Assembly (NCBI GenBank): GCA_964646645.1
Contig: CAZYHJ010000006.1
Location: 4,717 to 68,716, forward strand
DNA from: an uncultured Saprospiraceae bacterium
GTDB lineage: Bacteria > Bacteroidota > Bacteroidia > Chitinophagales > Saprospiraceae
Reading direction: 5' to 3'
Length of the DNA stretch: 64,000 bases
A model generated the notes under the pieces. The model worked only from the letters and a program-made list of their open reading frames with translations. It was not told the origin of the DNA and made no database searches. Positions 55,432 through 64,000 of this stretch are shown one piece after another (the stretch's first letter is position 1; each line of letters begins with the position of its first letter). The position numbers were made by a program, and so were the translations under genes.

Positions 55432-55621
55432 GATCAGGGTCGAACGCGCTATTCATGACATGACGCAGGAAGAACTCGCCAAACGAATCTCCGTCAGTCG
55501 CCAGACGATCAATGCGATGGAAGCCAATAAATACGTACCGTCCACGGTGCTGGCGCTTAAAATCGCCAGGGTGTTTGGAAAACCGGTGGAGGAGATTTTT
55601 TCTCTTGATGAAGAGGATTGA
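55421..55621 (+). CDS. small XRE-family HTH transcriptional regulator (YozG-like)
   Basis: IRVERAIHDMTQEELAKRISVSRQTINAMEANKYVPSTVLALKIARVFGKPVEEIF; ATG at 55421 overlaps the upstream gene end. Confidence 0.85.
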   Translation: MKNKIRVERAIHDMTQEELAKRISVSRQTINAMEANKYVPSTVLALKIARVFGKPVEEIFSLDEED

Positions 55622-55675
55622 CTTTAAGGCTATGGATATGTCTCAACCGAACTTGAACCGGGACAAGGAGCAGGA

Positions 55676-55849
55676 TTAGTTTCCAGTGATCCGCTTCCTC
55701 TTTTCAATTTCCACTTTTATCGATTCAGGCATTTGACGGCAAGTACAATGTTGCGCATGAGCGATATGCCATTGGATGCGTTGCTCTAACGTTGCATTTT
55801 TCGGCATACGGTGTTTTTCATGCCAGCTTTTATTGATTTTATTTGCCAT
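55676..55849 (-). CDS. unlisted 57-aa small protein (below the ORF-track cutoff), His/Cys-containing
   Basis: Hand translation: MANKINKSWHEKHRMPKNATLEQRIQWHIAHAQHCTCRQMPESIKVEIEKRKRITGN*. ATG at 55849, TAA at 55676-55678, 174 nt. Confidence 0.55.
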   Translation of the reverse strand: MANKINKSWHEKHRMPKNATLEQRIQWHIAHAQHCTCRQMPESIKVEIEKRKRITGN

Positions 55850-55884
55850 GGAACAAATTCATTTTACGTGAACAATATTTCAAA

Positions 55885-56580
55885 CTAATGCGGTGAAGAG
55901 AAATATTCAACAATCAACCGGGCAAGTGTCCCTTGGTCCACAGCCTCCAGCGGATGCTTAAATCCATCGAGAATCTTCAATTGGCCGCGTGGTAGCGCAT
56001 TTGCAGTATCTCTCGACTCATTGATCGACACCATGTGATCATCACTACCGATAGACACCAGTACATCATGCCCGATGCGGTTGAAATCTCCTGTCGTCAT
56101 AGCCAGACCATCTCCCAGTAGTGTCATCATAGCCGCTGTTTTTCGCATGATGGTTTTCCAATCCGCCGGGGCATGACGTTCAGCCAGCGTAGCCGCAAAT
56201 TGAGGTAATTTCTGCCCGATGATGTCCGGATTCATCATTCTGACTTCCTTCGCCGCAGCTTCCGGATTCCACAAGAATTTTGTGCCTAATGTCATGATGC
56301 GCTCCACCCGGTCAGGATGAAGCAATGCAAGCTTAAGCGCCACATAGCCTCCCATGCTGTACCCAAAGATGGCAGCCTTGGCAAGCTGATGCGCATTCAT
56401 GAAATCAATCGTGTCATTCACAAACAAGGAGATCGAAAAGTCATCAGGAATCTCCTTTCCGCCATGTCCGGAAAAGTTAAACGTATGTATCGTAAATTGA
56501 TCTTTAAGTTGTTCAGAAAGGATTTGGAATTGCGCTGAACTCCCAAGAGCACCATGAAGAAGAATAAGGTTTTGTTTCAT
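55885..56580 (-). CDS. alpha/beta fold hydrolase
   Basis: LILLHGALGS, nucleophile elbow GYSMGG, late DH pair (GSDDHMV). Confidence 0.8.
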   Translation of the reverse strand: MKQNLILLHGALGSSAQFQILSEQLKDQFTIHTFNFSGHGGKEIPDDFSISLFVNDTIDFMNAHQLAKAAIFGYSMGGYVALKLALLHPDRVERIMTLGTKFLWNPEAAAKEVRMMNPDIIGQKLPQFAATLAERHAPADWKTIMRKTAAMMTLLGDGLAMTTGDFNRIGHDVLVSIGSDDHMVSINESRDTANALPRGQLKILDGFKHPLEAVDQGTLARLIVEYFSSPH

Positions 56581-56592
56581 GTGGCTATAGCA

Positions 56593-57429
56593 TCATTCAT
56601 TAGGAGGCGATGAAAGCCGAGATTCGTCATAATGCGTGATCTGACGTGGGTAAGGCAGGCGAATATCTTTTTCCTTCAGCGCCTTAAAGATGGCCACCCG
56701 AATTTCACTCTTTATATTCTCTACCCGAAATACCTCCGAGCACCAAAACATAATCGTGATCTCGACGGAGGATTCACCGAATTTTGTAATGCGAATGGAA
56801 GGTTCGGGCGATCTGCTAACTGACTTGTGCTGTAACGTCACTTCTTTAAACAGCGTCATCACCGCAGGAATCTCCTCTGTATAGGGAAGTAATACCTGGA
56901 TTTCAAATCGGGATGTCTGATGACTATAGGTCCAGTTGACCACTTTCCCTTCCGTAATCACAGAATTGGGAAGGATAATATATTTATCCTCCCGCGTCAT
57001 GACCGCTGTAGTGCGCAGTTTAATCTCCTTCACCCTGCACACGATGCCATCTACTTCGATGACATCATTGACCTTGATGGTGCCGTCAAATAAAATAATG
57101 ATGCCGGATATAAAATCTTTGAAGAGGTGTTGTAGTCCAAATCCAATACCTACCAACAACGCCGCTGACCCTACAAAAATGACAGAAAGATCAATCCCCA
57201 GCGCAGTGACACCCGAAAGAACAGCCACAACGATCAAGGTGTATTTGGCCAGTTGCCGTATAGAGTATTTGGCGCCCTCGTCAATTTTCTTGTGCCGAAC
57301 GATTGCCCTGCTCAGCGTCATCAGGATGATCTTTGCGGCCAGGATGATCGCTACGACAACAAGTAGGTTGTGCACATACAAGGAGTAGTCTCCTATTTGG
57401 AAAATGCGATAGTCCAGAAATGATTTCAT
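56593..57429 (-). CDS. mechanosensitive ion channel (MscS family)
   Basis: 3 TM plus GIGFGLQHLFKDFISGIIILFDG pore helix and a beta-domain. Confidence 0.85.
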   Translation of the reverse strand: MKSFLDYRIFQIGDYSLYVHNLLVVVAIILAAKIILMTLSRAIVRHKKIDEGAKYSIRQLAKYTLIVVAVLSGVTALGIDLSVIFVGSAALLVGIGFGLQHLFKDFISGIIILFDGTIKVNDVIEVDGIVCRVKEIKLRTTAVMTREDKYIILPNSVITEGKVVNWTYSHQTSRFEIQVLLPYTEEIPAVMTLFKEVTLQHKSVSRSPEPSIRITKFGESSVEITIMFWCSEVFRVENIKSEIRVAIFKALKEKDIRLPYPRQITHYDESRLSSPPNE

Positions 57430-57444
57430 AGCCAGAATCTCATT

Positions 57445-57891
57445 TTACATTTTAAGGCTCCCTTTTTCGAAAGGGCGTTGTTCATCCAGATCCGCCGCCT
57501 GTAGAAGGAAAGTGAGCACAAGTGCGTCATCGATTTCTTCGGGCGAATGAAAGTCTCTCCAATATACTTGTTTACGATGTTCTTTAACCAAAAAGACTTC
57601 AGGATCATCCAATAGATATCCTTTTGTAAAACCAAGCCGAACTCCATTTTGTTTGACACTGCCCCATGCAATACTTACGGGCCATATAAAGCAGATATTA
57701 TTATGCCTTTTGTAAAAAGGCACATTGTAAGCAAGTTTCTCTTTAGCATCCGGAATGGCCTGGAGGACCACTTCACGAAGGTTCTCTACCAATTTTAATT
57801 CATCGCCCGGCAATGCTTCAAGGAATTCCTCCACGGAGGCAAAGGAGACATCCTGCATTTTGCGTTTGGGTTGTAATGGCTGCATGTTCAT
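57445..57891 (-). CDS. DUF1801 (YdhG-like) domain protein
   Basis: SVEEFLEALPGDE...LREVVLQAIPDAKEKLAYNVPFYK pattern; the ATG overlaps the upstream stop (ATGA). Confidence 0.7.
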   Translation of the reverse strand: MNMQPLQPKRKMQDVSFASVEEFLEALPGDELKLVENLREVVLQAIPDAKEKLAYNVPFYKRHNNICFIWPVSIAWGSVKQNGVRLGFTKGYLLDDPEVFLVKEHRKQVYWRDFHSPEEIDDALVLTFLLQAADLDEQRPFEKGSLKM

Positions 57892-59507
57892 TCTTCACTC
57901 ACGGTAAAAAACTCCCGAACTTTTTCCTGGTAAGAATATACATCCTTCGGCCTTAATTTTATCATGGCCGCCAGGCACTGCCTTTGTGCCGCAGCATTGA
58001 CATTCATCGCTTCAGCCCACATCGCTACCTCAGTGAGCATACGGTCCTCATGCTTACTTTGAGGATATGATAATCCCATGCTGGCCAAAAATTTTTCACG
58101 ACACTGATTTTCGGCTTTCTCCCGGTGACCATTGTATTTCTTTTGGATCATATGGGTCGCCCCTGCGGTGATGGCCGGAACACTGATCTGTTTATGCGTG
58201 CCTAAATTCAATGCAACGGAATCTGTAGCCAATTTTCGCAAAATTCGGGGAGGAGTTCTATAGCCTGGTTTTGCTTTGATTTTATCTGCCTCCTGTTTGG
58301 ATAATTGAAACAATGTCCTGTCCACAGGCCTGAACCCAAAACGATAATAAAACCAGAATGCGCCGGAAGCAATGCCTTCCGGGTTGTCATATCCAAACTG
58401 ATAAGGTTCAACTTCAACGTAGTTCAACCGGAAGACCTGAATGAACACCCGTAAAAGCTGAGCCATGACAAAGGAGGATTCCCCTTTCCTGAATGCAGGG
58501 AAAATATTGATCCCAAAATTGGCCCTTCCGCCGAATACCCATGAACCACCATAGGCCACAGGTATTCCATTCTTGAAGGCTGTGTATCCCACATAAGATT
58601 CCAGGGCCAACTGCCTCTCAGGAATCATCGTGTAGATTGCCACAGACACGCCCCGATCGAGGTGAAACAACCGAAGGGAATTTTCATCCATGTACGTTGT
58701 CGGATCTGTCTCCCTGACCATCAGGATCATGGCATTCTTGATGACCATGATCATATGTTCTTTTGCTGCCGCAGAAGGAGAATCGTGCAAAGGCAAGGGT
58801 TCGTTCAGTATGACCTGCGGATCTATCCGCCTGACCAGTTCCTGGTGAGTGTAGATGTTGTCCGCCGGCAATACATTATAGGCTTTGGACCACTTCGCCT
58901 GATTGGATTCTAATTTAACATAAACACCGAGTGCATCGTAGAAGTGATCTTTAATGAATGGTTCAGGATCTAAGCGCCCTAGCTCATGGATGATAAATTT
59001 TAACCTGTCGGATGTTGGTACTTTGAGGGTTTCCAGCAAGGAGATATTATCCAGTCCGGCGGTGGTCTCACTTCGCTCAAGTGCAGGCAGGGTTAGTTTC
59101 AGCACATCATTGAGATCAAGGGTGGCGTTGGCGAAGGTATCCAGCGTGATTTTGCAGCCATTTTGTTGCAGCAACCACCGAACGGCATCATGTGTAAACC
59201 GACTATAGACCGGCGTGAACGGTAATCCTGTGTTGTTTAGGGCCTCTCGCCAGGACTTCGGTTGTCGTTTAATAAAGGCAGATAAACGATTCAGGCAAAT
59301 CCGGGCGTTCCTCCGTTCTTTTTGATCGGAAGGGTAGGCTAGTATAAAAAGGAGAGCATCATGTATGGGGCCAATATGTTGTTTGGGGAACGATGAGCGC
59401 TTAGCCAGTGCCCGAAGACTTTCTTTTCTGGTGGTTATAGAGGCCTCATCCATCTGGCCTAAACTTTCTGAAAGGAGTGCAACCTGTTTTGAAAAAGACT
59501 GGCTCAT
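57888..59507 (-). CDS. hypothetical protein, 539 aa, with a GNAT-like segment
   Basis: No family recognised. Residues ~300-400 (YVGYTAFKNGIPVAYGG...GIASGAFWFYYRFGFRPV) resemble an acyl-CoA N-acyltransferase core. Confidence 0.5.
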   Translation of the reverse strand: MSQSFSKQVALLSESLGQMDEASITTRKESLRALAKRSSFPKQHIGPIHDALLFILAYPSDQKERRNARICLNRLSAFIKRQPKSWREALNNTGLPFTPVYSRFTHDAVRWLLQQNGCKITLDTFANATLDLNDVLKLTLPALERSETTAGLDNISLLETLKVPTSDRLKFIIHELGRLDPEPFIKDHFYDALGVYVKLESNQAKWSKAYNVLPADNIYTHQELVRRIDPQVILNEPLPLHDSPSAAAKEHMIMVIKNAMILMVRETDPTTYMDENSLRLFHLDRGVSVAIYTMIPERQLALESYVGYTAFKNGIPVAYGGSWVFGGRANFGINIFPAFRKGESSFVMAQLLRVFIQVFRLNYVEVEPYQFGYDNPEGIASGAFWFYYRFGFRPVDRTLFQLSKQEADKIKAKPGYRTPPRILRKLATDSVALNLGTHKQISVPAITAGATHMIQKKYNGHREKAENQCREKFLASMGLSYPQSKHEDRMLTEVAMWAEAMNVNAAAQRQCLAAMIKLRPKDVYSYQEKVREFFTVSEE

Positions 59508-59627
59508 GACAAGTCATGTAGGTGATACGGGAAAGATAAGATTTTCCCATCGGAGCCTGTTGCGAAAAGAACGTGATCCGGCTTTAATGCTTTTGGCGCA
59601 CTTAAACCTTGGTCAAAACGGGAAGGA

Positions 59628-60089
59628 TCAGTAAATGTCCTGAATGTGGTAAGTCATCCCGTTGAAAGAGAAGGAATCCCCTTTTTTAAGCCCTTTCATA
59701 TGCCCGTAAAGCGGTGCTTTTTCCGACATCCCAAAAATTTTAGCCACTTCCAAATCCAGTTCCTCACTGGACACTGCAATAAAGAACGTGCGTTTATCGG
59801 TGACCACCACAGCGCCTCTTTCCACCACTGTTGCCGGATTTTCAGGATCAATAGACCGAAGGATCTCCATTTCTGCCTTGACAAAACGGAGTTCCTGTCC
59901 CATCACTTCGAGCATTTCTTCCGGAGCGCTGGCTCCTTCATCCGTCTGGCTTGGTGTTTCACTGTGACTGTAGGCATCAGCTTTAACTTCCTCAATTCGC
60001 TGGTCAAAATGCTGGATCAATTCTTCCTGCCTGGCGATGCAGGCTTCCAGGATAACGGCTTTGGAAATTCGTGTGCTCATATGGATCAT
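59628..60089 (-). CDS. GreA/GreB C-terminal-domain-like protein (putative)
   Basis: Coiled-coil N-terminus plus C-terminal VERGAVVVTDKRTFFIAVSS...LKKGDSFSFNG, resembling the Gre FKBP-like domain. Confidence 0.45.
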   Translation of the reverse strand: MIHMSTRISKAVILEACIARQEELIQHFDQRIEEVKADAYSHSETPSQTDEGASAPEEMLEVMGQELRFVKAEMEILRSIDPENPATVVERGAVVVTDKRTFFIAVSSEELDLEVAKIFGMSEKAPLYGHMKGLKKGDSFSFNGMTYHIQDIY

Positions 60090-60314
60090 AATTAGACCTC
60101 AAAGATAGCTTTCCGGCCCCAATATTGGCATCTCAAACCATGTCTTCAGCGTCATTTGGAATGGATATTCCCCGCCACGAGGCATTCATCCACCTAAAAC
60201 GGGCATTCGGTACCCTTTTATTTGACCACAGGGTGGACCTCCCAATACTTTTGAGCCATCAAACGAATCAATAACTCAATCACACTATTCCTAACAACTT
60301 AAAAAATTTAAACC

Positions 60315-60755
60315 ATGAAAGCGTTTCTTTTTAAAAACCACTTTTTCGCCTTTGCCCTTATGTCCATCGCCGCATTATCTTTTGTCGCCTGCGACAATAA
60401 GGACGAAGAAACACCGGAACCATCACTGGAAGTCTCCCTGGTAGGGACCTGGGATATCAACTCCTACCAACTGGATGATGATGAGTGGATGGGCCTGATC
60501 GCCGAATCAGCATTCATCACCTTTGAAGAACCCGTTGACAGCTCAGGGATATTCATCCAGGAAGTCACCTTTGCGGATGGAGAGACGGTTTCGCTTTCCA
60601 GCAGGTATATCATCAGTGAAATTCCCGGCCAGATTATTATGTATTACGAAGGCGAACCTATCGTAGTGGATATCGACATTACGGGGAATAAAATGCTTTG
60701 GGAAAGCATTCAGCAGCAGTACCCGCTGGTCATCAAGGCTACAAAACGTCAGTAA
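60315..60755 (+). CDS. putative lipoprotein (lipocalin-like size)
   Basis: Signal plus lipobox SFVAC; LVGTWDINSY motif. Confidence 0.5.
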   Translation: MKAFLFKNHFFAFALMSIAALSFVACDNKDEETPEPSLEVSLVGTWDINSYQLDDDEWMGLIAESAFITFEEPVDSSGIFIQEVTFADGETVSLSSRYIISEIPGQIIMYYEGEPIVVDIDITGNKMLWESIQQQYPLVIKATKRQ

Positions 60756-60765
60756 AACCAACTAT

Positions 60766-60798
60766 GGTTGCGGAAGGAAACTTCCGCAACCCCTTTTA
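60766..60798 (+). terminator. rho-independent terminator
   Basis: ggttgcggaag-gaaa-cttccgcaacc 11-bp stem with a GNRA-type loop, then ccttttag. Confidence 0.8.
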
Positions 60799-60879
60799 GA
60801 AAGCTATACTCCTTTAACTTTGTTCCGATAGATGATAGAGAAGGTACTTGATCCTCTGGCCTCTTTCTACTAAACTTTG

Positions 60880-62772
60880 ATGATGAAAGGAATTCTGATC
60901 CTGATTTTTATTTGCAGTTTCACAGTGCTGAGGTTGCCTGCTCAGATGAACAGGGACAGCTTGTGGACCGAATGGAGCAATGCCGCAGCTTCCGACTCTA
61001 ACCGGTTGAACGCAATACAACGACTCGCCTGGCCAATGCTCAATGTCAATCTGGATTCAGTTTTATTACTGGCCAACATGCAACTAAAGTTTGCGAGGGA
61101 GCGGGACCAGCAATTATGGGCAGGGAAGGCGCTCTATACGATAGCCACTGCATATTACTATAAGGGGGATTACGTGAGTTCCCTTAACTATTACCAACAG
61201 AGTCTGGACATCCGGAAAGCGATTGGGGATTTGAAAGGTGAAGCCGCCATATATGGAAATTTTGGATTGATCTATAGCGCCAAGGGTGACAATGTCAAGA
61301 ATCTGGAGTACCAGTTAAAGTCGCTGGCCATCAATGAGAAAATCAATGACACTTCCGGATTGACAAGTAATTACAGCAATATCGCGATCATCTATCAGGA
61401 ACAAGAGGATACGCTTAAGGCACTGGAATACTATAACCGATCCATTAAGATCTATGAGGCGAAAAGGGATGAACAGGGGCTTGGATTGCTGTACAATAAC
61501 ATCGGCACGATGTACAAGGATTTTAAAATGTGGGATAAATCCTTGTATTATCTGAATAAGAGCCTGGAGATCCGGACACGACTTAATGATCGTATGGGTA
61601 TGGCGATTACTTACGTCAACCTGGGTACGGTCTACAATAAAATGGGAGAATATGAACAGGCTAAAACCTATACGCTCCTGAGTACAAAGAGTTTTGAAGC
61701 CCTCCGGGACTCCGGTAGCCTGACGAATACTTATTATACACTGGGTGAAATCGCTCTGAATCAGATGGATTTTAAAGGGGCGAAAGAATGGTGTGACAAA
61801 TCATTGGTCATCGCGAGAGCCACAGATAAAGTCCCGGTCCAACGTGCGGCGTGCAATTGCCTGTTCAGGGCTTATAAGGCCACCGGTGATGCTGAAAAGG
61901 CGCTCGGGTATTTTGAGGAATTTTATATGCTCGATGACAGTCTGAATAAACTCAACGTAGCCGTCGAGCTGAAGCGTATTGAATTTGAACGGGACCTGCT
62001 TTTGGATAGCCTGAGCCGTGAAGATGAGAAACGACAGATCAACCTGGCCCATCAGGCAGAACTGACAAAAAAGAACAACTATATCCGATTGATGCTGCTT
62101 CTGGGGATAGGTATTTTGTTGCTGGCCCTGATCTTTTTATTCCGGATGTTACGCTATCAGCGCAATTCACAGCAATTTAAATTGAAATCTGAGCAGCTTG
62201 AAAAGCAACAATTAGTCAGTGAGATTGCATTGCTGAAGACCCAGGTCAATCCACACTTCTTATTTAATAGTCTCAGCATTCTCTCTTCCCTGGTGCGTGT
62301 GGACCCGGATTTATCTGAAAAATTTATCGATCAGTTGTCCCGGTCATACCGGTATATTCTTGAGCAGAAAGATCAGCCGTTGGTGACCCTCCGTACTGAA
62401 CTCACCTTTATTGAGTCTTATACTTTCCTGCTGCGGATTCGGTTTGAGAACAAATTCAACGTTCATATTGATTTGCCTGAACAGATCCTGGATAAATATA
62501 AAATTCCACCCCTCACCTTGCAGTTGCTGATCGAAAATGCGGTGAAGCATAATCGGATGTCCGTTTCGGAGCCATTGGATTTGACCGTGACCGTAGAAGA
62601 GGATAAGATGTTAGTGATCAAAAACAATTTACAGCCGCGCAGCACACCATCGATGTCCACTGGCGTGGGGCTGCAGAATATAATGAACCGGTATGCGCTA
62701 TTAACCAAGTATCCGGTTTGGGCCGGTGAAGCGGGTGATCAGTTTGTCGTCCGGATTCCATTACTCACCTAA
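60880..62772 (+). CDS. TPR-repeat sensor histidine kinase, LytS/YehU (His_kinase) type
   Basis: Signal, ~8 TPR units, one TM (LMLLLGIGILLLALIFLF), then NPHFLFNSL H-box and an HATPase-like end. Confidence 0.85.
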   Translation: MMKGILILIFICSFTVLRLPAQMNRDSLWTEWSNAAASDSNRLNAIQRLAWPMLNVNLDSVLLLANMQLKFARERDQQLWAGKALYTIATAYYYKGDYVSSLNYYQQSLDIRKAIGDLKGEAAIYGNFGLIYSAKGDNVKNLEYQLKSLAINEKINDTSGLTSNYSNIAIIYQEQEDTLKALEYYNRSIKIYEAKRDEQGLGLLYNNIGTMYKDFKMWDKSLYYLNKSLEIRTRLNDRMGMAITYVNLGTVYNKMGEYEQAKTYTLLSTKSFEALRDSGSLTNTYYTLGEIALNQMDFKGAKEWCDKSLVIARATDKVPVQRAACNCLFRAYKATGDAEKALGYFEEFYMLDDSLNKLNVAVELKRIEFERDLLLDSLSREDEKRQINLAHQAELTKKNNYIRLMLLLGIGILLLALIFLFRMLRYQRNSQQFKLKSEQLEKQQLVSEIALLKTQVNPHFLFNSLSILSSLVRVDPDLSEKFIDQLSRSYRYILEQKDQPLVTLRTELTFIESYTFLLRIRFENKFNVHIDLPEQILDKYKIPPLTLQLLIENAVKHNRMSVSEPLDLTVTVEEDKMLVIKNNLQPRSTPSMSTGVGLQNIMNRYALLTKYPVWAGEAGDQFVVRIPLLT

Positions 62773-62813
62773 ACGGTCAATTGGGACCATTCACACTCAA
62801 AGAAATTCATGCC

Positions 62814-63569
62814 ATGAAAACCATAATCATAGAAGATGAAAATCTCACCGCAAAGCGCCTGGAAGGGTTGCTGAAAAAGTATGATTCTTCCATAGAAATT
62901 GAAGCGGTCATTCCTTCTGTCCGGGAGGCTGTCAAATGGTTGACGGACCATCCGGAGCCTGAGCTCATCTTTATGGATATCCATCTTGAGGACGACCTCG
63001 CGTTTAAGATCTTTGAACAATTGCGTATTTCGGCGCCGGTCATTTTTACTACCGCTTACGATGAGTATATGATCCAGGCGTTTAAGGTCAATAGCATCGA
63101 CTACCTGCTAAAGCCAGTCAATTATGATGAATTGGTGCAGGCCATTGAAAAATTTAAACGGCTGAAGGATCAGTTTGCTCAACCCAACCTGAACACCTTA
63201 TTAAAATCGCTTGGGCATAAGGAGCCGGATTATAAGAGTCGGTTTATGATCACGGTGGGTACGCGGATCAGGAGTATTGAGACATCAGAGATTGCTTATT
63301 TCTATTCCGAAGAAAAACTCACGTTTATGGTCACCAAAGAGGGCCAGAATCTTCCCATCGATTTTAGCCTGGATAAATTGACGACACTCCTGAATCCAAA
63401 AGATTTCTTCCGCATCAGCCGCCAATTCCTGGTCAGTTTCCAGTGTATTCAGACCGTGCATGCCCATATCAAAGGAAAGTTGAAACTTGAACTGAAACCA
63501 AAGACCAATCTGGAAGTGATGGTCAGCGGAGACAGGATGACGGACTTTAAGGAATGGCTGGGTAGGTAG
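62814..63569 (+). CDS. LytR/AlgR (LytTR) family response regulator
   Basis: REC (KTIIIEDE, ELIFMDIHLED, KPV) plus a LytTR domain (FFRISRQFLVS). First ATG is at 62814. Confidence 0.9.
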   Translation: MKTIIIEDENLTAKRLEGLLKKYDSSIEIEAVIPSVREAVKWLTDHPEPELIFMDIHLEDDLAFKIFEQLRISAPVIFTTAYDEYMIQAFKVNSIDYLLKPVNYDELVQAIEKFKRLKDQFAQPNLNTLLKSLGHKEPDYKSRFMITVGTRIRSIETSEIAYFYSEEKLTFMVTKEGQNLPIDFSLDKLTTLLNPKDFFRISRQFLVSFQCIQTVHAHIKGKLKLELKPKTNLEVMVSGDRMTDFKEWLGR

Positions 63570-63583
63570 AAATCCGGAATGGA

Positions 63584-64000
63584 TTACTTCACTTTTCGAA
63601 GGTTGTAGATCTCATCTCCATATCCTACAAACACGCAATCTTTTCCGGTGCTGTCATACGCTTTACATTTCAGCGTATAGAGTTCAAGTTTATCCTTGAT
63701 CATTTTGAAGCCAAAATATTCCCATTGGTCCGGAGATTCCCCAAGACCAACCTGGTCTACCTGCAATCCTGCGTCAAAGTAATCAATGACGGGTTTGTAA
63801 TATTTGTATTTTCCTAAGCCGGTGACTTCACCGTTTGCCTTGAATTCAACGTCGCCGGTTTTTTTTAAAGTATAGATGCCTTTGAATAGAAGTTCTTCCA
63901 GAATGGCGGGCTGGCCGTCACGCATCACCGGATTTATTTTGACAAATTTTTTGATGCCCAGTAATAATGTATCCGGTGAAGTAGGATTGAGGACATACAC
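63584..64000 (-). CDS. hypothetical protein, 5' end beyond the window
   Basis: The frame is open to the right edge (the listed Met is GTG at the boundary); no recognisable motif. Confidence 0.4.
   Translation of the reverse strand: MYVLNPTSPDTLLLGIKKFVKINPVMRDGQPAILEELLFKGIYTLKKTGDVEFKANGEVTGLGKYKYYKPVIDYFDAGLQVDQVGLGESPDQWEYFGFKMIKDKLELYTLKCKAYDSTGKDCVFVGYGDEIYNLRKVK

Overview
This 64-kb window is densely coding, with about 70 CDS and no rRNA, tRNA or CRISPR that I could recognise. It is probably from a member of Bacteroidota, judging by a T9SS C-terminal sorting domain, a TPR-LytS/LytTR sensor pair and TAnnTTTG-type -7 promoter elements. All calls rest on motifs read from the supplied translations and the DNA; no database search was run. 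Gene content from left to right: hflX, an M29 aminopeptidase and fhs. A stress island follows (4.8-16.9 kb) with Hsp20, three CBS-pair proteins, two tandem-USP proteins, a P-type ATPase and a SulP operon, all surrounding a FixL-like heme-PAS kinase and a REC-Crp/Fnr hybrid regulator. Next is a redox/detox block with YgiD-like dioxygenase, YceI, pirin, HxlR, CDF, OxyR-like LysR, Crp/Fnr and a PAP2/vanadium-haloperoxidase-like protein. Then come a PRTase + dienelactone-hydrolase pair, PolX, pstSCAB-phoU, and cytochrome c, TspO, SDR, TerC, META and NlpE. A large Moco-biosynthesis and NAD-type formate dehydrogenase cluster follows (moaA-moeA-tauE-moaD-[hicBA+orf]-moaE-fdhD-nuoEF-like-fdhA-moaC/B). 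The window ends with a small operon (hypothetical/DUF1801/MscS/hydrolase) and a TPR-LytS/LytTR two-component pair. There are two main leads. (1) The stress island resembles a DosR-regulon-like hypoxia/dormancy module driven by an O2-sensor-like kinase and a one-protein FixJ+FixK-like regulator. A candidate operator (CTGACCCYTGTCATTT, TGAC-N4-GTCA) sits at a fixed distance from -7 promoter motifs. (2) Many intergenic regions are filled by a mosaic of phase-keeping 7/8/14-nt tandem word repeats. In the fdh/moa cluster these include a 60-nt unique core present in three copies, two of them identical. Several repeat arrays run into stop codons.
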